The notes beneath the pieces are model-generated. The model saw nothing but the letters and a program-made list of their open reading frames with translations, was not told where the DNA came from and did no database searches. Below are positions 1 through 14,660 of a DNA stretch of 64,000 nucleotides, piece after piece. The stretch's first letter is position 1; the number at the start of each line of letters is the position of its first letter. This stretch comes from Haliotis rufescens (taxonomy: Eukaryota): positions 2,603,815 to 2,667,814 of the forward strand of contig NW_025963902.1 of assembly GCF_023055435.1 (NCBI RefSeq). The letters are read 5' to 3'. A program made the translations under genes and the position numbers.

Positions 1-381
1 CCAATTAATTTTGAGTTGCTTGCATAAAATATGCATGAAACATTTAAAAACAACCACAGAAAACAACACTGCATAATTACCCAATGCAGGTGAGGTGAAA
101 TTGGGCTTAACGTTGTGCCCAAGATTATTGCACTTAAATAGTGACGTGCATGACACCTTCTCCGCATACAAATCAGTGAACTGTTGTTGGTTCAATTATT
201 TCATAGACTTTGAACTTCCATAATGCCAGTCAGCAGAGTAAACATATAAGCTGTGAGATGTTTTTTTAGGAAAACACTGTTTATTGTTTTTACGGAAGTG
301 CTTTACTCAGTGCTAATAAGCGGTGCTATTTGCTGTTTGATTGTATTAAGGTTAGGATATGTATCATTCCACTGGGGATGG

Positions 382-407
382 GGGGGGGGGGGGGGGTTGC
401 ATTGATA
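382..407. repeat. homopolymer G(26); similar long tracts: C(~35) at 21680-21715, C-rich 46446-46482, G-runs 54449-54466 and 55338-55362
   Basis: direct reading. Confidence 0.9.
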
Positions 408-3400
408 TTGAGTCGCATTTTTGGCTAGGGGTCAGGAGTCGTAATAATTTGGAGACGCATTAATTTCCAGATTTACCGTACCTTACAAACTTGGGGCAGC
501 ACACGAACATACAAATTAGTCACCGGAAACTTTTTCTCAGATTAAAAAATATCATTGCATTAAGCTGGATAAACGGAAACCACATTAATAAAAAGTAGGG
601 ATGGATATTGGAATTAAAGTGTATCACAATATTTTACAATGCACAATCAGAAGCAATTTGAATCATCAGTGCAGGAAATGAAGTTCATAAATGGAACAAA
701 ACAAGCTGCTGGAACAGGATAACTTACTTACTTACTTACACTTGGAGGTTTAACGTGCGCTTTCCGACTGGAGCGTATTTCGCAGACGGAACAGGATAAC
801 ATTTACTCATTCAATAAAGATACAAGGATGCACCCACAAAGTGATGACTTGGTGTTACACCACTGCCACAGAAGAACTCCAGAATGCGAACTTGCATTTT
901 GGAATTAGAGAAGTATTTCGAAGGTACATGTATTTGGCAAGTGAATAACATTAAACATAATAAAAATCACAATTTGAAATCACCCGGTATACCAAGCACT
1001 AAAACATTTCCCAAACAACAACCGGGGACATAGCAGTGCAACAGAACAAAGCTGACACTTACAGAATATCTGCAGCCTCCGTACCAGTGTCCCTGCTGCC
1101 TACTGTGCTGTCAGACAAGTGACAAATTTCGTTCCATGTGTGGAGTGTCGACACATTTGATTGAAAATCAATGGCTGATATTGGCTGTGCCTGTGTGATG
1201 TGACTGTGCACGAGCATGTTATAGAGGATAAATCAACTAACAGCTCTGCCTCTGACAAATAAACCAAGTCATTGCCAACCGGAACCAATCAATTATGATT
1301 TTATTAATAAGTAGGACTGATACCATATGCTCTAACATGCACGCCAGTTGTCTCCCTTTGACTATATGGCCCCACATTTTATTGCCCTGTCTGAAAGGAA
1401 CATATTTCATTTAAAAAAAATTATATTCACAAAAAATATCAAAAAGGAACCAAGAGACTTTCTTCATTTGCTCAAACTGAAATAATCTAGACTTACCAAA
1501 CATAATAGACTTATTGCATACTGTATTCGACGTAATAAGCGTCCCGCTCTAATAAGCGCCCACAGCGATAATTGCTAACATATTGACTAGTGAACAATCC
1601 CAATTAGCACCCCTTCCGATTGATCAATGTACACAAGACTTATTTATTCGCATATAATATGCACCCTTAATTATGGGCAATGAAATTCTGGAAAAATATA
1701 TACATTTACATTCAGGCTGTCAGCATAAACCACGAAATTTATTTTGCAACTCTGTTTTTTCCACCAAAATAATATTCTAGTTAGAGCCCCCTATTTCTAA
1801 TTTTGAGAGCGCCCTGTGTGCTTATTACGTCGGATACGGTATATTTGTTTCAAGGTCTGCATAACACGCTACCGTATAAATGTTGTGCTGGGCACTCATA
1901 AAGATTACTTGCAGACTGGTTGAAAGGTTGGTCAAGGACGTTTAATACAACGACTACATTAAGTATAATACAAGCTGTTCTGTATATTGATGTAGTCATA
2001 AACTTATCATATTACAGTACTCAAGTACTTTCGCAAATATAAAAAATGGTGCCATGGCACTGTAGCTCACCTGAATATGATAACGTGGAACGGGGCAAAC
2101 GGAAGCTGTAAGTATCGGAGGGACACACGATTTCGCCAAAATTAATGTAAATTTAACTGAATGAAATTTTGATTAAAATTGATAAAATAGATTTTGAGAT
2201 TACAAACATGAGTCCAGATATACAATGAACACTTTTTATTACCGATGGTGTAACAACAGGATTAACTTGCATAATTTAATATGTATTTGTTGATATTCTA
2301 TTTCCGATGATGATGAGACGTAGTTTCAGGTTGGAGGTCAGGCTTATCTACTAGACATAACGTTTTGAAACAGATTTCAAGGACCAAGTTCCTTGGCTTA
2401 TCTATGAGATCAGCTTATCTACAGTCATATACGGTAATGAATTGAACATGATATGACGTCATCACAAGGAGAAACATGTCTGCTAATGACTGCTCCCTCA
2501 GTTTCCCACTTTCAGTGCAGAAGAAATTTACAGAGTAAATATGTATTTTGAGAGAATTTAAGAGCATGGTCAAAAGAAGGTAAAATATTAAAATATGGCA
2601 ACAACAAAATAGCTTATCCCACAACTAGCAGAATAGATACCAAATTTCAATACATTTTTACAAACATTGACTCAGTTATGGCCATAAATAGCTTTCAATA
2701 TGGCTGCCGTGTGAGTTCAAACGATATCTCTTGTGAAAATCAGTTTGAAATTATAACACACTTATAGGCACAATCTTGGCAGCTAATGGATAGACCTCAG
2801 TGGAAACAACTCATGCTTTCAAAAAGACCAAGAAGGCAAAACTATCTCCCCAACACATTTACCGGCCAACTGATCATGTATGTGTCGATAAAATCTGTGC
2901 ACATATTTAGGTCAAAACAACAGTGATCGAGAGGAGTGAGTGAGTACGATTTACGCCGCTTTTAGCAATATTCCAGCAATATCACGGCGGGGGACACCAG
3001 AAATGGGCTTCACACATTGTACCCATGTAGGGAATTGAACCCGGGTCTTCAGCGTGACAAGCAAACGCTTTAACCACTAGGGTGATCGAGGGGAGGTAAC
3101 ATCAAACACAACAGTTTGGAAAAGTGCAACAGTCCTTACCACAGCTCCAGATAACTGTTTGAGCTGTTGAGATTTTACTCTAGGGTTTCTATTTTAATTA
3201 GGTTATTACATTTTTCATTTGGTAACATTTTTTTCACTCATATATTCATCACTCTGTTGTTTTTTTCCAAAATTAGTGAACATTTTAAGATTTCAAAAAA
3301 ATGAAATAATGTTACAGATGTATATAACTGTTCTAAATATATAGGCTTGACCCGGAATGTAAATTAGCTCGTAATTGTGTTTCGGAAATTAGCTCCTTTG

Positions 3401-6099
3401 TACGCATGCTGAAAAAGCTTCATTGAGTATTTCCACGTGTTTTTTTTACATTTTAGTATTTCATTTAATGCATGCGTTTCTGTACACAAGTTTATTGAAA
3501 GTAATTGGGTTTTAAATATTTTGTGGGGGTATTTTACGCAAATATGATGCTTATCTGTAGCTCTGCCTTACCATTGCAACATTTGGGCAGACGTCAAACT
3601 TCCATAGTTACGATATATAAAATTGTATTGTTTTCATCTGGATTTTTTTTTAAAGTTTCTGACAGTACATTTTGGGCAAAAAAATTGAACCCTCCCACAA
3701 AAGGTCTTGCCTTCTATGAATAACAATAAGAAATCATCTTCAAGTGAACATTGATAACATGTTTTGAAAGTGCATGAAAGCCACATATATAATGTATACC
3801 GTTATTTATCTAGACCTGCTCAGAGGTCGATTATCCTTGCAAACAGCTGTAGCCGATGTTACTAAAAACTCCAAATGGGATTAAATTTCCTATTTCATCT
3901 TAATAAAGTCATAACCATAAATGTGATGGCTAGGTCGGGGTGACTCATGTCACTGATAACAAGCATGAAATACTCATATCCTCCGCCAATATGACATGTC
4001 CGGTTGTGTGCAATGCATTAGCTCCTGTGAACTATGTTCACTGGGCCTTTTTGTAGATGGCCTAATTGCAGCACTAAAAAAAGTTATTACTGGTGTTGTT
4101 TTGCCATCTGCAGTTTATGATCCGTGTCCATGACACTTTTGGAGGAACATACACACAAGCAACGCAGAACTTACCAACAAGAAAGGAAATGTATTCAATA
4201 CTGCGAGATGACATTATGTGCGAAGTTTGGTGAAGAAATATGGTACAGTTTTCAAGATCTGCTCCGGAAACGAGGACTACCGACATTTTCAGTCTAAGTC
4301 AAAGTCGTTGCCATGGAAACTTTTAAATCCCAAACTATCATAAGGCATCAGTTCACCACTAGACCTATCTATGTGCCAAGTTTGGTGAAGAAATATGGTA
4401 CGGTTTTCAAGATCTGCTCCGTAAATGAAATGTGAAGGACGGACGGACGCCACCCATTCCTATATCCCGGCCCCTCCCACTTCTTGGTGGGGGATAAAAA
4501 GGACCATCAAACATGAAGAGGCCATTATGTTTGAATAAACATTATTGCACATTAATTAGTATTAACAGTTCCCTGACAAATAGTCTAAGAGGTACATGTG
4601 TGTAATAATTGTTATCGGTGCTAACTTGTTGACATGACCGAGAGCTTGGCTGCGGGAATGTTTTATGACAGAGATGGGGTCACTCTTGTGAAGTAGCCCA
4701 CTCCCACACACTTGATAAGAAGTCCAGTAGACCCCATTGGCATGTTATTTGTTTGTTTGTTTGTTTGTTTGTTTGTTTGTTTAAATCGTACTCAGCAATA
4801 TTCCAGCTATATGACGGCGGCCTGTAAATAATTGAGTCTGGACCAGACAATCCAGTGCTAGATATCATGAGCAACGATCAAGGCAATTGAGATATGATGA
4901 CATGCATCAACCATTTCAGCGAGCCTGACAACCCGATCCCGTTAGTCACCTCTTACGACAAGTATATTCGCTTTTTACAGCAAGCATGGGTTGCTGAAGA
5001 TCTATTCTACCCCGGATCTTCATGGGTCCGAACACATTTCTGGTTTCCCCCGCCGTGATATTGCTGGAATACCCATCCACCCACTCACTCACTCACTTAT
5101 GTGTCCAATTGGCATGTACCTGTGATACTACAGTAATAGAGGCACTATTGGGGCTATTTTCACTATTGCAATAGTGCCCCATATTATTGCAATAGTACTG
5201 CAATAGCAGTAAACCAACTTAAATGCTTGATAATTATTATATCAATAAACTTAATAGAAATGAATAAAATATTGCTGACAATCTCAAAGATGGCCATTCT
5301 CCTTCCTGTCCCTACACAAACCAAAGGGGAGGTAACTCTAATATGAAGTCGGTGGAGTCCTTGCTAACCAACACACACTCAGGTTCAAAATTCACATAAT
5401 GTATGTATTTTTTTTATCTAATTGCAACTATTGCAACTATTGATTATTATGCATTCTATCGATGAACCTATTGGTATTTTCAAGTTCCTATTGATATACA
5501 TGTAGTACGATCATAAGGCAAACAATTGCCGTATATATTGTGAGAAATGCTGTTTAGAAACTGCAGATATACCGTAAACCACAGGATAGCGATTGGTGCC
5601 TTAACACATATTATGTTTTTTGTTCAAATTCACTGCTCATATTCATCACGACAAACATATTTCGTTCTCGTCCAGAGATCTAGAATAGCTCAGAACTAGA
5701 ACATCTATAATTTCTGTGTTGAACTGCATTGGATAAATCGTGGACATTCCGCTGTATCGTTTTATGAAGATGTGAAGACGACATGGCAGGTAGGTTTTGA
5801 AACCAAAGACCTACGCGTGCGTTGAAAAGTCTTGGAATCGTTTGATAGATATTTATTACCATTAAAACTTACGTCCTTGTTGTCAAACGGTCAACGTGGG
5901 TGGGTGTTTACATGACGTTACCCGTTTACGCATTAACCAATGAAATGTGTGTGTTATCATGACGTCATACTGACTTGTCAGAGCACTCGTATAAGCTCCG
6001 CCCACTTGAGTGCAGTAGTTCCTACCGCAGATGCCCCTATAAACCCTATTTCACCTCACCTAGCTCACCCTCATCCAGCCTCACATAATGTACATGTGT

Positions 6100-6540
6100 A
6101 TCAACTTAAGTATTGGGTATTCATGCTTTTGTTGCCTTTGGATATTCACATGCACATGTCCCGGTATGGGATTCGAACCAAGGACCTTCTGATCCGAGGT
6201 CAGACGCCTTGTCCACATGACCAAAGAGGTTAACCCAGTCAGCAAGCTGACAAGGTAAGGATGTCATCTGTAGGATGATTCCACACCCTGCTACATACTC
6301 CCCCGTCAACAGAAGGCACGTCCCAGGCCGCATAGTAGGGTACTGAGACTTATTTTGCTCAAATTTGATATGAACGTGCTCAGCCCGACGTTGGGGGCCA
6401 ATGTAGCGGCCATAAAGTCCCGTGATGGGATTTGAACCACGGACCTTCTGATCCGAGGTCGGACGCCTTGTCCACATGACCAAAGTGGTTAGGATGTCAT
6501 CTGTAGGATGACTCCACGCCCTGCTACACACAGTATGTAC
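6100..6540 (-). mobile_element. SINE-like element with tandemly duplicated (~250-bp period) tRNA-Arg(TCG)-like head (..ggcgtctgacctcggatcagaaggtcc[g/t]tggttc[a/g]aatccca..) joined to a family-D-type tail
   Basis: two near-identical copies of gggattcgaaccaaggaccttctgatccgaggtcagacgccttgtccacatgaccaaag at 6163-6230 and 6420-6488; anticodon-arm tctga-cctcgga-tcaga still foldable. Confidence 0.6.
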
Positions 6541-7974
6541 AATTAATAACCATGAGCTGTTGTTACCTAATCCTCATTTTCAGCAGCTGCTGTTGTATAA
6601 GTCATACCTGGAATCATATTACTCTATGTTGATAATGAATACATATCAGACAGCTGGGAAATACAAGAATATGATGGCAGTCATAGAGATTATTACACGA
6701 GTTCGAGTATGTGTGTCATACTAATTTTATGAAACGAGGGTATAAATTCTTGTATTTCCCACACAATGCCATCTGGATGACAAGAACAATACAATGGTGT
6801 GTGTGAAATGATATTTGCACCAGCGAACATAGGATTTTTATTAACCATGTGGGTAATAAATAGAAGATATTATGTGTCTTGTGAAATATCTTGTTTCTCT
6901 CATCTCATGACAGGGGAGGGGCAGTGGGGTAGCCCAGTGGTTGAAGCGTTCACTCGTCATGCCGAAGACCTAGGTTCAATTACTCATATGGGTACAATGT
7001 GTGAAGCCCGTTTCTGCGGTCCCTAGCCATGATATTGCTGGAATTTTGCTTAAAAGATCACTCATGACGGGAGAGAAGAAATATTTTCAATTGTTGCGAC
7101 GCCGCTTTTAACAGAAGTCAGTATTATCACAATGTGTCAGCTAAATGTTGGAGGAAAGCCTGAAGTGATGAAGGTCTCAGATGTTTACCAGCTTGGTGAA
7201 ACTAATGACCATGGGTATGAGGCTGACAAACCTAGAAACATAAATGGGGCAAACCGGGATTCAAACCCATAGCCATAGGTTTCTGACGTGCCCAAGGGAT
7301 GCAACTCTGCCCAGCAAATTGTGCATCCTTAGACGACCTGGCCACCCATGCCCCCTGTGGGTAATGACAATGTTTGTCTGTTTGATGTTAAATGCCGCTG
7401 TCAGCATTCATGCTGCTGTGTGAAGGATGCCAGACACAAGCATACCTCGATCTCCATCCATCTCATTAAAACCGGATCTTTTATGATACTGCTTTGCACG
7501 AAGATTTGATGACGTCTACACAGGAGCTCAGGCATTAGGTGAACTTTTGTGATGATGACCAGGGTCTTAGACAGTTAAAGCAAGCAAAGCATTCAAAAGC
7601 ATATCTGTTTCCTGAATGTCAAAACTGAATCTGAGAGTTCAGAGTGCAAAAAAATAAAACCACGCTGTTATATTGTTGTGGCTATTTTACAGTGTTTTCT
7701 AGCACCATCTCCACCAGTAAGGGCGTATAATCAAGAGGTCTGTCGTGTTCTGAGGCAGTTTCTCTTTTGCTATTACATATAATTATAAAAAAAAAATCCT
7801 TATCGAGGTGGTAAAGAAATGAAGCTGAATCGTTATTAGAAGCTGACATCTGATTGGCTCTAGCTGGAACCTGCGCATTCTTCAGCAAGATCGGGCGGTT
7901 AGTCCACTTAGGGTTCACATGATGCAACCTTCTGTGAAGGTGTCCCCACATCTTCATGCACAGGCTATCATCAA

Positions 7975-9705
7975 AAACTGTTTACTATGTTTATCTAGTC
8001 TGTCATACAGACCCTGAAACAAATATATCTAATACAGCCAATGCAAGTCTATAATGTTTGGCAAGTCTAGATTACTGCAGTGTCTGAAAATGAAAAAAAT
8101 CTCTGGGCTCCTTTTTATTATATTTCATAACTATAATTTAACAAAAGTTTTTTTCTGTGAAATATGTTCATTTCAGAGACTAGATGTTAGTCTAATGTAA
8201 CAATAATGTTTCTCATCAAAAACCTTTTTTCTTATCGTATTTCGATATAAGAATGAAATTGGATGATAAATAAAATCTCTCTCGTGTCTTTTGATATCAA
8301 ATATATCAACACTCATTAATAAAAGTAGAAAAACACGATATCAAATATATCAACACTCGTTAATAAAAGTGGAAAAACTTTTCAACTTTTATCAACTCGA
8401 GTTGATAGATCTATATTTGATATCAAAAGATACTTGGGTGAGATCCTCGATAAAATAGTACTTAAAAGATCCGATTTGAATGAAATTGTCTGTAACACAG
8501 CTACTTTGAGGGCGATTTTGTGATTTTACTAATCATGCACTTAACTTTTTAGAAGATACATCACATCAGTATTTATCATAGCCAGCTAGTGACCTGACTG
8601 ACCTCTATCACCTCTAGCCGAGAGTCTAATGGGGGCCGAGGCTACAGTCTGGACCATCCCCACTCCAGTAATGAGCCAGTACTGGGCTACTCAATGATCT
8701 GATAGAACTCAGGGACTCCAGTAATGAGCCAGTACTGGGCTACTCAATGATCTGATAGAACTCAGGGACTCCAGTAATGAGCCAGTACTGGGCTACTCAA
8801 TGATCTTTAGAACTCAGGGACTTCAGTAATAAGCCAGTACTGGGCCACTCAATGATCTGGTAGAACTCAGGGACTTCAGTGATGAGCCAGTACTAGGCTA
8901 CTCAATGATCTTTAGAACTCAGGGACTTCAGTAATAAGCCAGTACTGGGCCACTCAATGATCTTGTAGAACTCAGGGACTTCAGTAATAAGCCAGTACTG
9001 GGCCACTCAATGATCTGGTAGAACTCAAAACTGTTTACTATGTTTATCTAGTCTGTCATACAGACCCTGAAACAAATATATCTAATACAGCCAATGCAAG
9101 TCTATAATGTTTGGCAAGTCTAGATTACTGCAGTGTCTGAAAATGAAAAAAATCTCTGGGCTCCTTTTTATTATATTTCAAAACTATAATTTAACAAAAG
9201 TTTTTTTCTGTGAAATATGTTCATTTCAGAGACTAGATGTTAGTCTAATGTAACAATAATGTTTCTCATCAAAAACCTTTTTTCTTATCGTATTTCGATA
9301 TAAGAATGAAATTGGATGATAAATAAAATCTCTCTCGTGTCTTTTGATATCAAATATATCAACACTCATTAATAAAAGTAGAAAAACACGATATCAAATA
9401 TATCAACACTCGTTAATAAAAGTGGAAAAACTTTTCAACTTTTATCATCTCGAGTTGATAGATCTATATTTGATATCAAAAGACACTTGGGTGAGATCCT
9501 CGATAAAATAGTACTTAAAAGATCCGATTTGAATGAAATTGTCTGTAACACAGCTACTTTGAGGGCGATTTTGTGATTTTAGTAATCATGCACTTAACTT
9601 TTTAGAAGATACATCACATCAGTATTTATCATAGCCAGCTAGTGACCTGACTGACCTCTATCACCTCTAGCCGAGAGTCTGATGGGGGCCTAGGCTACAG
9701 TCTGG
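7975..9705. repeat. tandem duplication: 665-bp unit at 7975-8640 and 9036-9705 (near-identical) separated by the 60-bp minisatellite; unit contains internal 45-bp duplication and a caactcgagttg palindrome
   Basis: aaaactgtttactatgtttatctagtctgtcatacagaccctg... recurs at 9036; gatatcaaatatatcaacactcgttaataaaagt motif. Confidence 0.85.
8640..9030. repeat. 60-bp minisatellite x~6.5 (ccagtaatgagccagtactgggctactcaatgatctgatagaactcagggact)
   Basis: period 60 verified (8681/8741); lies between two copies of a 665-bp direct repeat. Confidence 0.85.
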
Positions 9706-10409
9706 ACCATCCCCCACATCTCCACTGATCTCCATCGACCGCGGTCCTCGGGGACATCCAACTCCCAGTTGATGAATAGGAAAATACGGTACTCACCTTT
9801 GTAAGTCTCTCGGGTCTGCAAACTCCTTCCTAGGAAAGATCAGCAACAGTCAGTGTGATGTCAACTCGAGACACAGTCTTCCCGATCCGAGTACCCCGAT
9901 GGCGAGTCGATTCTACGTAAACAACGGTAAAGTCGTTAGACTATTAGGCACCTACACATGGACAGCTGTTGTGTGCTGTTATTTGACAATTGCCGTCGAT
10001 GACACCGCCTAAAAACCTGTCTTAATAAATATGCCAATGACAACGTGCACTGTAAAACTCGATACTTAACCAAACTGCAGTCTGAAGTTTGCAAACTCAC
10101 TCGCGTACGGCCTTGACATAGGCCCTTGAATCTTAACCCGGAAGTAAATAAGCGCGAATAAATCTAGACTTGCTTCGCGTCCTAAATAGGCATCCTCCTT
10201 GACAGTCTGCTCTATTTCTGCATGTGCTTACTGTTGTTCTGTGTATTGTAACTGATACAAGTGTTGAAGCTGAATGGTGGTCATTTTGGTCACATTCTAA
10301 ACGTGTTCTTTTCTCTCAACAATTTAATTAATCCCATATCATCGGATCTCAGTACATTTGGCTAACATCCATTTTTATTAATGTGATTTTATCTTTTTCT
10401 CAAAGAAGT

Positions 10410-11340
10410 GAGTGGCCCAGAGTGAGTTTGGTTAACCCCCTGGATGCCAGAGGGACATATATGTCCCTCCTCTACAGCCCTCACTTTGAAGTCGAATAAA
10501 ATTCAAAATACGTCACCCACACAAATACACTTTACAGTTTTGAATAAGGTGGGAAATTTCCTGTTCTGTAATATCACCCACTGGCATTTTAGGCCAAGCA
10601 AAAGTACTGAACATGACCTCTGAAAATTAGGTACATCGTAAATGTCGCCATTTTTTACACATTACTAAATCACCACTCACGGCGTTATTTACAGCATGTT
10701 TTGAAATCTAAATTTCGGATATTTACTCGGAGAAATGAATTTCAAAAATAGCATATTAGTGATCACGGGTATCTGTCTTTTATGAAATCACCAATGATCA
10801 TTCCAAAACGTCTCCGATAACCCTAGAATCGTTTAGAATGTTTTGGAAAAAACGAAAACACGAACGCCGAAGCGAACTTTCCGCCATATTGGATAGTGTT
10901 TACAAAATCACGTTTCATGTACACCGGTTATGAGACGCCTGTAACATCACGTATATTTCAAACTTATCTGCGATACCTACATCCTTGAATTCCTCATACA
11001 TTTTAGAATCAAATGACCATGCAGTGGTCTTTGTCACCAATACAAAGTGGCTAGATGAAATCAAGCAAAATAAGTTAGGTGTGAAAACGAACGCTGTGCT
11101 CGAAAAACTGCACATGGTTGAAATGTAAACAAAGCCAAATTCAGATTTTACACAGTGTAGCATATTCTCCTATGTTGAGCTATCCATTCGTCTATTCGTT
11201 CAAGATATTGGCTCAACATTTTCAGAATATGCATGGGAAGAGAATCGTAGGAAGAATAAGGGAATTTCAAATAGGTACATTGCAAGTTGTTTTTCTGACG
11301 CACATGAAGTGAAGGTTGTGCGAGAATATCTCGCCGCTTT
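10410..11340 (+). repeat. ~930-bp interspersed repeat, copy 1 (ends ggttaaccccctggatgccagagggacatatatgtccctc ... gtgaaggttgtgcgagaatatctcgccgc)
   Basis: inverted copy at 19990-20870 (identical 60-82 aa ORFs MLHCVKSEF... on opposite strands at 10915-11163 and 20132-20314); mini-copy at 17690-17790. Confidence 0.8.
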
Positions 11341-13549
11341 TAACAGTATTACAGTTATATCGCGGCGTGTCAGCTTAATGTGGGAGGAAAGCCCGAAGTG
11401 ATGCAGGTCTCAGACATTTACCACTTCAGTGAAACCCACGAGCACGGGTATGGTGCTGACAAACCTAGAAACATAATCGGGGCGAACCGGGAATCAAGCC
11501 CACAATCATAGGTTTCTGGCACGCACAAGGGACGAAACTCTGCACAGCGAATCGCGGCGCCTTAGACGACTGGGCCACCCTTCCCCCCTGTGGCCCAGAG
11601 TACAACACATAAGACAGATGCACATATATATTATGTGTGGACAACATAATTAACAATTACCTGAAATTTAAAGTATTCACCAAAGTAAAGTATATCTAAC
11701 GAAGATATGTCCTTTTTATATTTTTTTCTCTACTCTCTCTATAAACAGACATATAAACAACAATTGATATCCATATTAAAAAAATATTTAAGTTTGAATG
11801 TTCACAAGGTAATTGATCATGAGGAATAATGCCGTCACCGTCACGTTGTTCCTGAATCTATAAACTGCACGACATCATCAACAAATGACAATATCTTGAC
11901 ATCAATATATTCATTGACCAAAAACGTCCACGAATGTAATTCTTTTGTAAAATCTTTCTTAATAAAAATTATGAAAGAAATATTCTTTCGTAACATGATG
12001 TTTATAGGTTCTATTGTACAGGGAGTCTGTAAAAGATGCAGAGTTGCGTCCCTTAGCTGTGCCAGCTCTGTCATCTTCAAGTTTGTCATCCTCCTCAATA
12101 AACGCTAGACTTGATTTAAGGTTAAATGTAATATTTCACAAAATGAGGTATATGGGTTTAGTTCAATTTAGCTTAGTTCGTTGGTTGGTTTGTTGTTTTA
12201 CGCCGCACTCAGCAATATTCCAGCTATATGACGGCGGACTGTAAATAATCAAGTCTGGACCAGACAATCCAGTGATTAATATCATGAGCATCGATCCACG
12301 CCGTCGGGGTACGATTACACGCAATCAACCAAGTTACCGAGCTCGACTACCCGATCCATTTAGTAGCCTCTTACAACTAGCATAGGCTGCTGTGCACCAA
12401 CTAAGCCCGATTCGACGAGTAACATGTCAATTTCGACATTAGCGGTCGCCGATACACAGCTACAAACCCCTCATTTAGTAACGTCTGGCCCTGTCTCTGC
12501 AACGTTTTCAAAAAAATATTCTGGCCCAGACTCGATTATTGTTGTCAAATAGATGAATTATTGATGAGTGTGCCGTTAAATAACAAAGAAAGATCGATAA
12601 ATGCATGACCAAGTGTCAAACAAACACAAATGTACGAAACAGAATGACGTCATTAAGTTACCCTCCAATAATATTATATTTTACGTACGCTTCTGTTCCT
12701 TTAGGTAGGCCAAACGTATTTTTAACAATCACCATTCCATCTTTCTCTCAGGTGTACTATCATATTCAAACTGAGAATGTAACCTCGTGCCCAGTATCAC
12801 ACACACAGTGTAATGCTTCAATTGTGATAATTTAGTTGGGAAATGTTTCGAGGTTCTGACAGCCTCGAGTATCCAGTATTATATCTCCAATCTGTTATGA
12901 TACCTACATGAAAAACTGGATAATCGAATATGAAGTTCTGAGTGCATGCAGTGGTGTTTGAATCCCCATTCCAATGTATCAGTGAGTGAGTGAGTTGTGC
13001 TTAACGCCGCTTTTAACAGTATTCCAGGCCAGTTATATCACGGCGTGTCAGCTTAATGTGGGGGGAAAGCCCGAAGTGATGCAGGTCTTAGACGTTTACC
13101 ACTTCGGTGAAACCCACGACGACGGGTATGGTGCTGACAAACCTAGAAACATAATCGGGGCGAACCGGGATTCAAACCCACAATCATAGGTTTCTGGCGT
13201 GCCCATCCCATGATCTCCTCATTAGAGACAACAAAACCTGCTGGTATACATTTCACTTAAATTAAAACAATTTGCATATATACGCATATGTTTAAAATAC
13301 AGACAAATACTACGGAAACAAATCCGTACATTTAGATTGAGTAAAATTTAAAATAATAAAATGCTCTTGATATTAAACGTCGATTGGGTACCCCAAATAT
13401 TCGTGTAATACTTTAAGTGACGTATGAGAAATCTCGATCTGCGGTTATCCTATTGTCCTATTTCGCTAGGTTTCAAACATAACCGTTTTTATCACCCACG
13501 TGGTGAAGATACGAGTGGTAAGATACTAATTCCGTACGTCACACGTGCG

Positions 13550-14660
13550 TCCACTCTCCTACCCAGAGTTCCTTGCGGCCGGCAGCCAGCCAGCATAGTA
13601 CCTCTGCCACAGGCCAGCGCCCACACTCCGTCGCAGTGGTCACTCAGCATAACACCACTGCCACAGGCTAATTTGCATATCACGTGACCGGACTTTTCTC
13701 TTGTTTGTAAACAAACGCGCTTTTTCAAAAATCAGTATAGAACGGACTAATGCAAGTATTTGGTATATGCTTTACATATTGTTTTGCATAATTTTATAGA
13801 TATGCTACTACAACTGCGACAGTGAGTTGCATGACAATATATATTTATACATCAAAGTGACCGTATCGCTAGCTCTCCGTTGGGCTTCGATGACAGCACG
13901 TGGAGCCGTACAACCAATGTAAACAAAGGATAACTACGCAAAAACAAGTAGATTTTCACGTTTTAGGATACTTTCTTAATGAACCGTAACCATTCTTTGA
14001 CATTTGTTTACCACAATGTAAAAGCTTGACAAAAATGAAACGGATGAACAGCATATGCAATATCTTGAATGGACTGTGAAAGATGTGACGAATCGTCACA
14101 TGGCGCTGGCCTGTGGCAGAGGTACTATGCTAGCTAGCTGCCGGCCGCATGGAACTGGGTAGGAGAGTGGCCAGCGCCATGTGACGATTCGTCACATCTT
14201 TCAAAGTCCATTCAAGATATTGCATATGCTTTTCATCTGTTTCATGTTTGACAAGTTTACACATTTTCGTAAACAAATGTCAAAGAACGGTTACGGTTCT
14301 TTAAGAAAGTATTCTAAAACGTGAACATCTACTTGTTTCTGCGTATTTATCCTTTGTTTACATTGGTTGTACGGCTCCACGTGCTGTCATCGAAGCCCAA
14401 CGGAGAGCTAGCGATACGGTCACTTTGATGTATAAATATATTTTATCATGCAACTCACTGTCGCAGCTGTAGTAGCATATTTATATAATTATGCAAAACA
14501 ATATGTAAAGCGCTCCCAAATACTTGCATTAGTCCGTTCTATACTGATTTTTGAAAAAGCGCGTTTGTTTACAAACAAGAGAAAAGTCCGGTCACGTGAT
14601 ATGTTAATTAGCCTGTGGCAGTGGTGTTATGCTGAGTCACCACTGCGACGGAGTGTGACG
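13550..14660. repeat. ~1.1-kb complex inverted repeat: arm L 13611-14110 and arm R 14162-14660 (~95% identical as reverse complements); spacer 14111-14161 is itself an inverted copy of left flank 13550-13610
   Basis: reverse-complementing 13741-14110 reproduces 14162-14530 with few mismatches; tgtgacgaatcgtcaca palindromes at arm tips. Confidence 0.85.

Noticed and set aside
6121-6531. 136-aa minus-strand ORF
   Set aside because: It lies entirely within a SINE-like element with a duplicated tRNA-like head.
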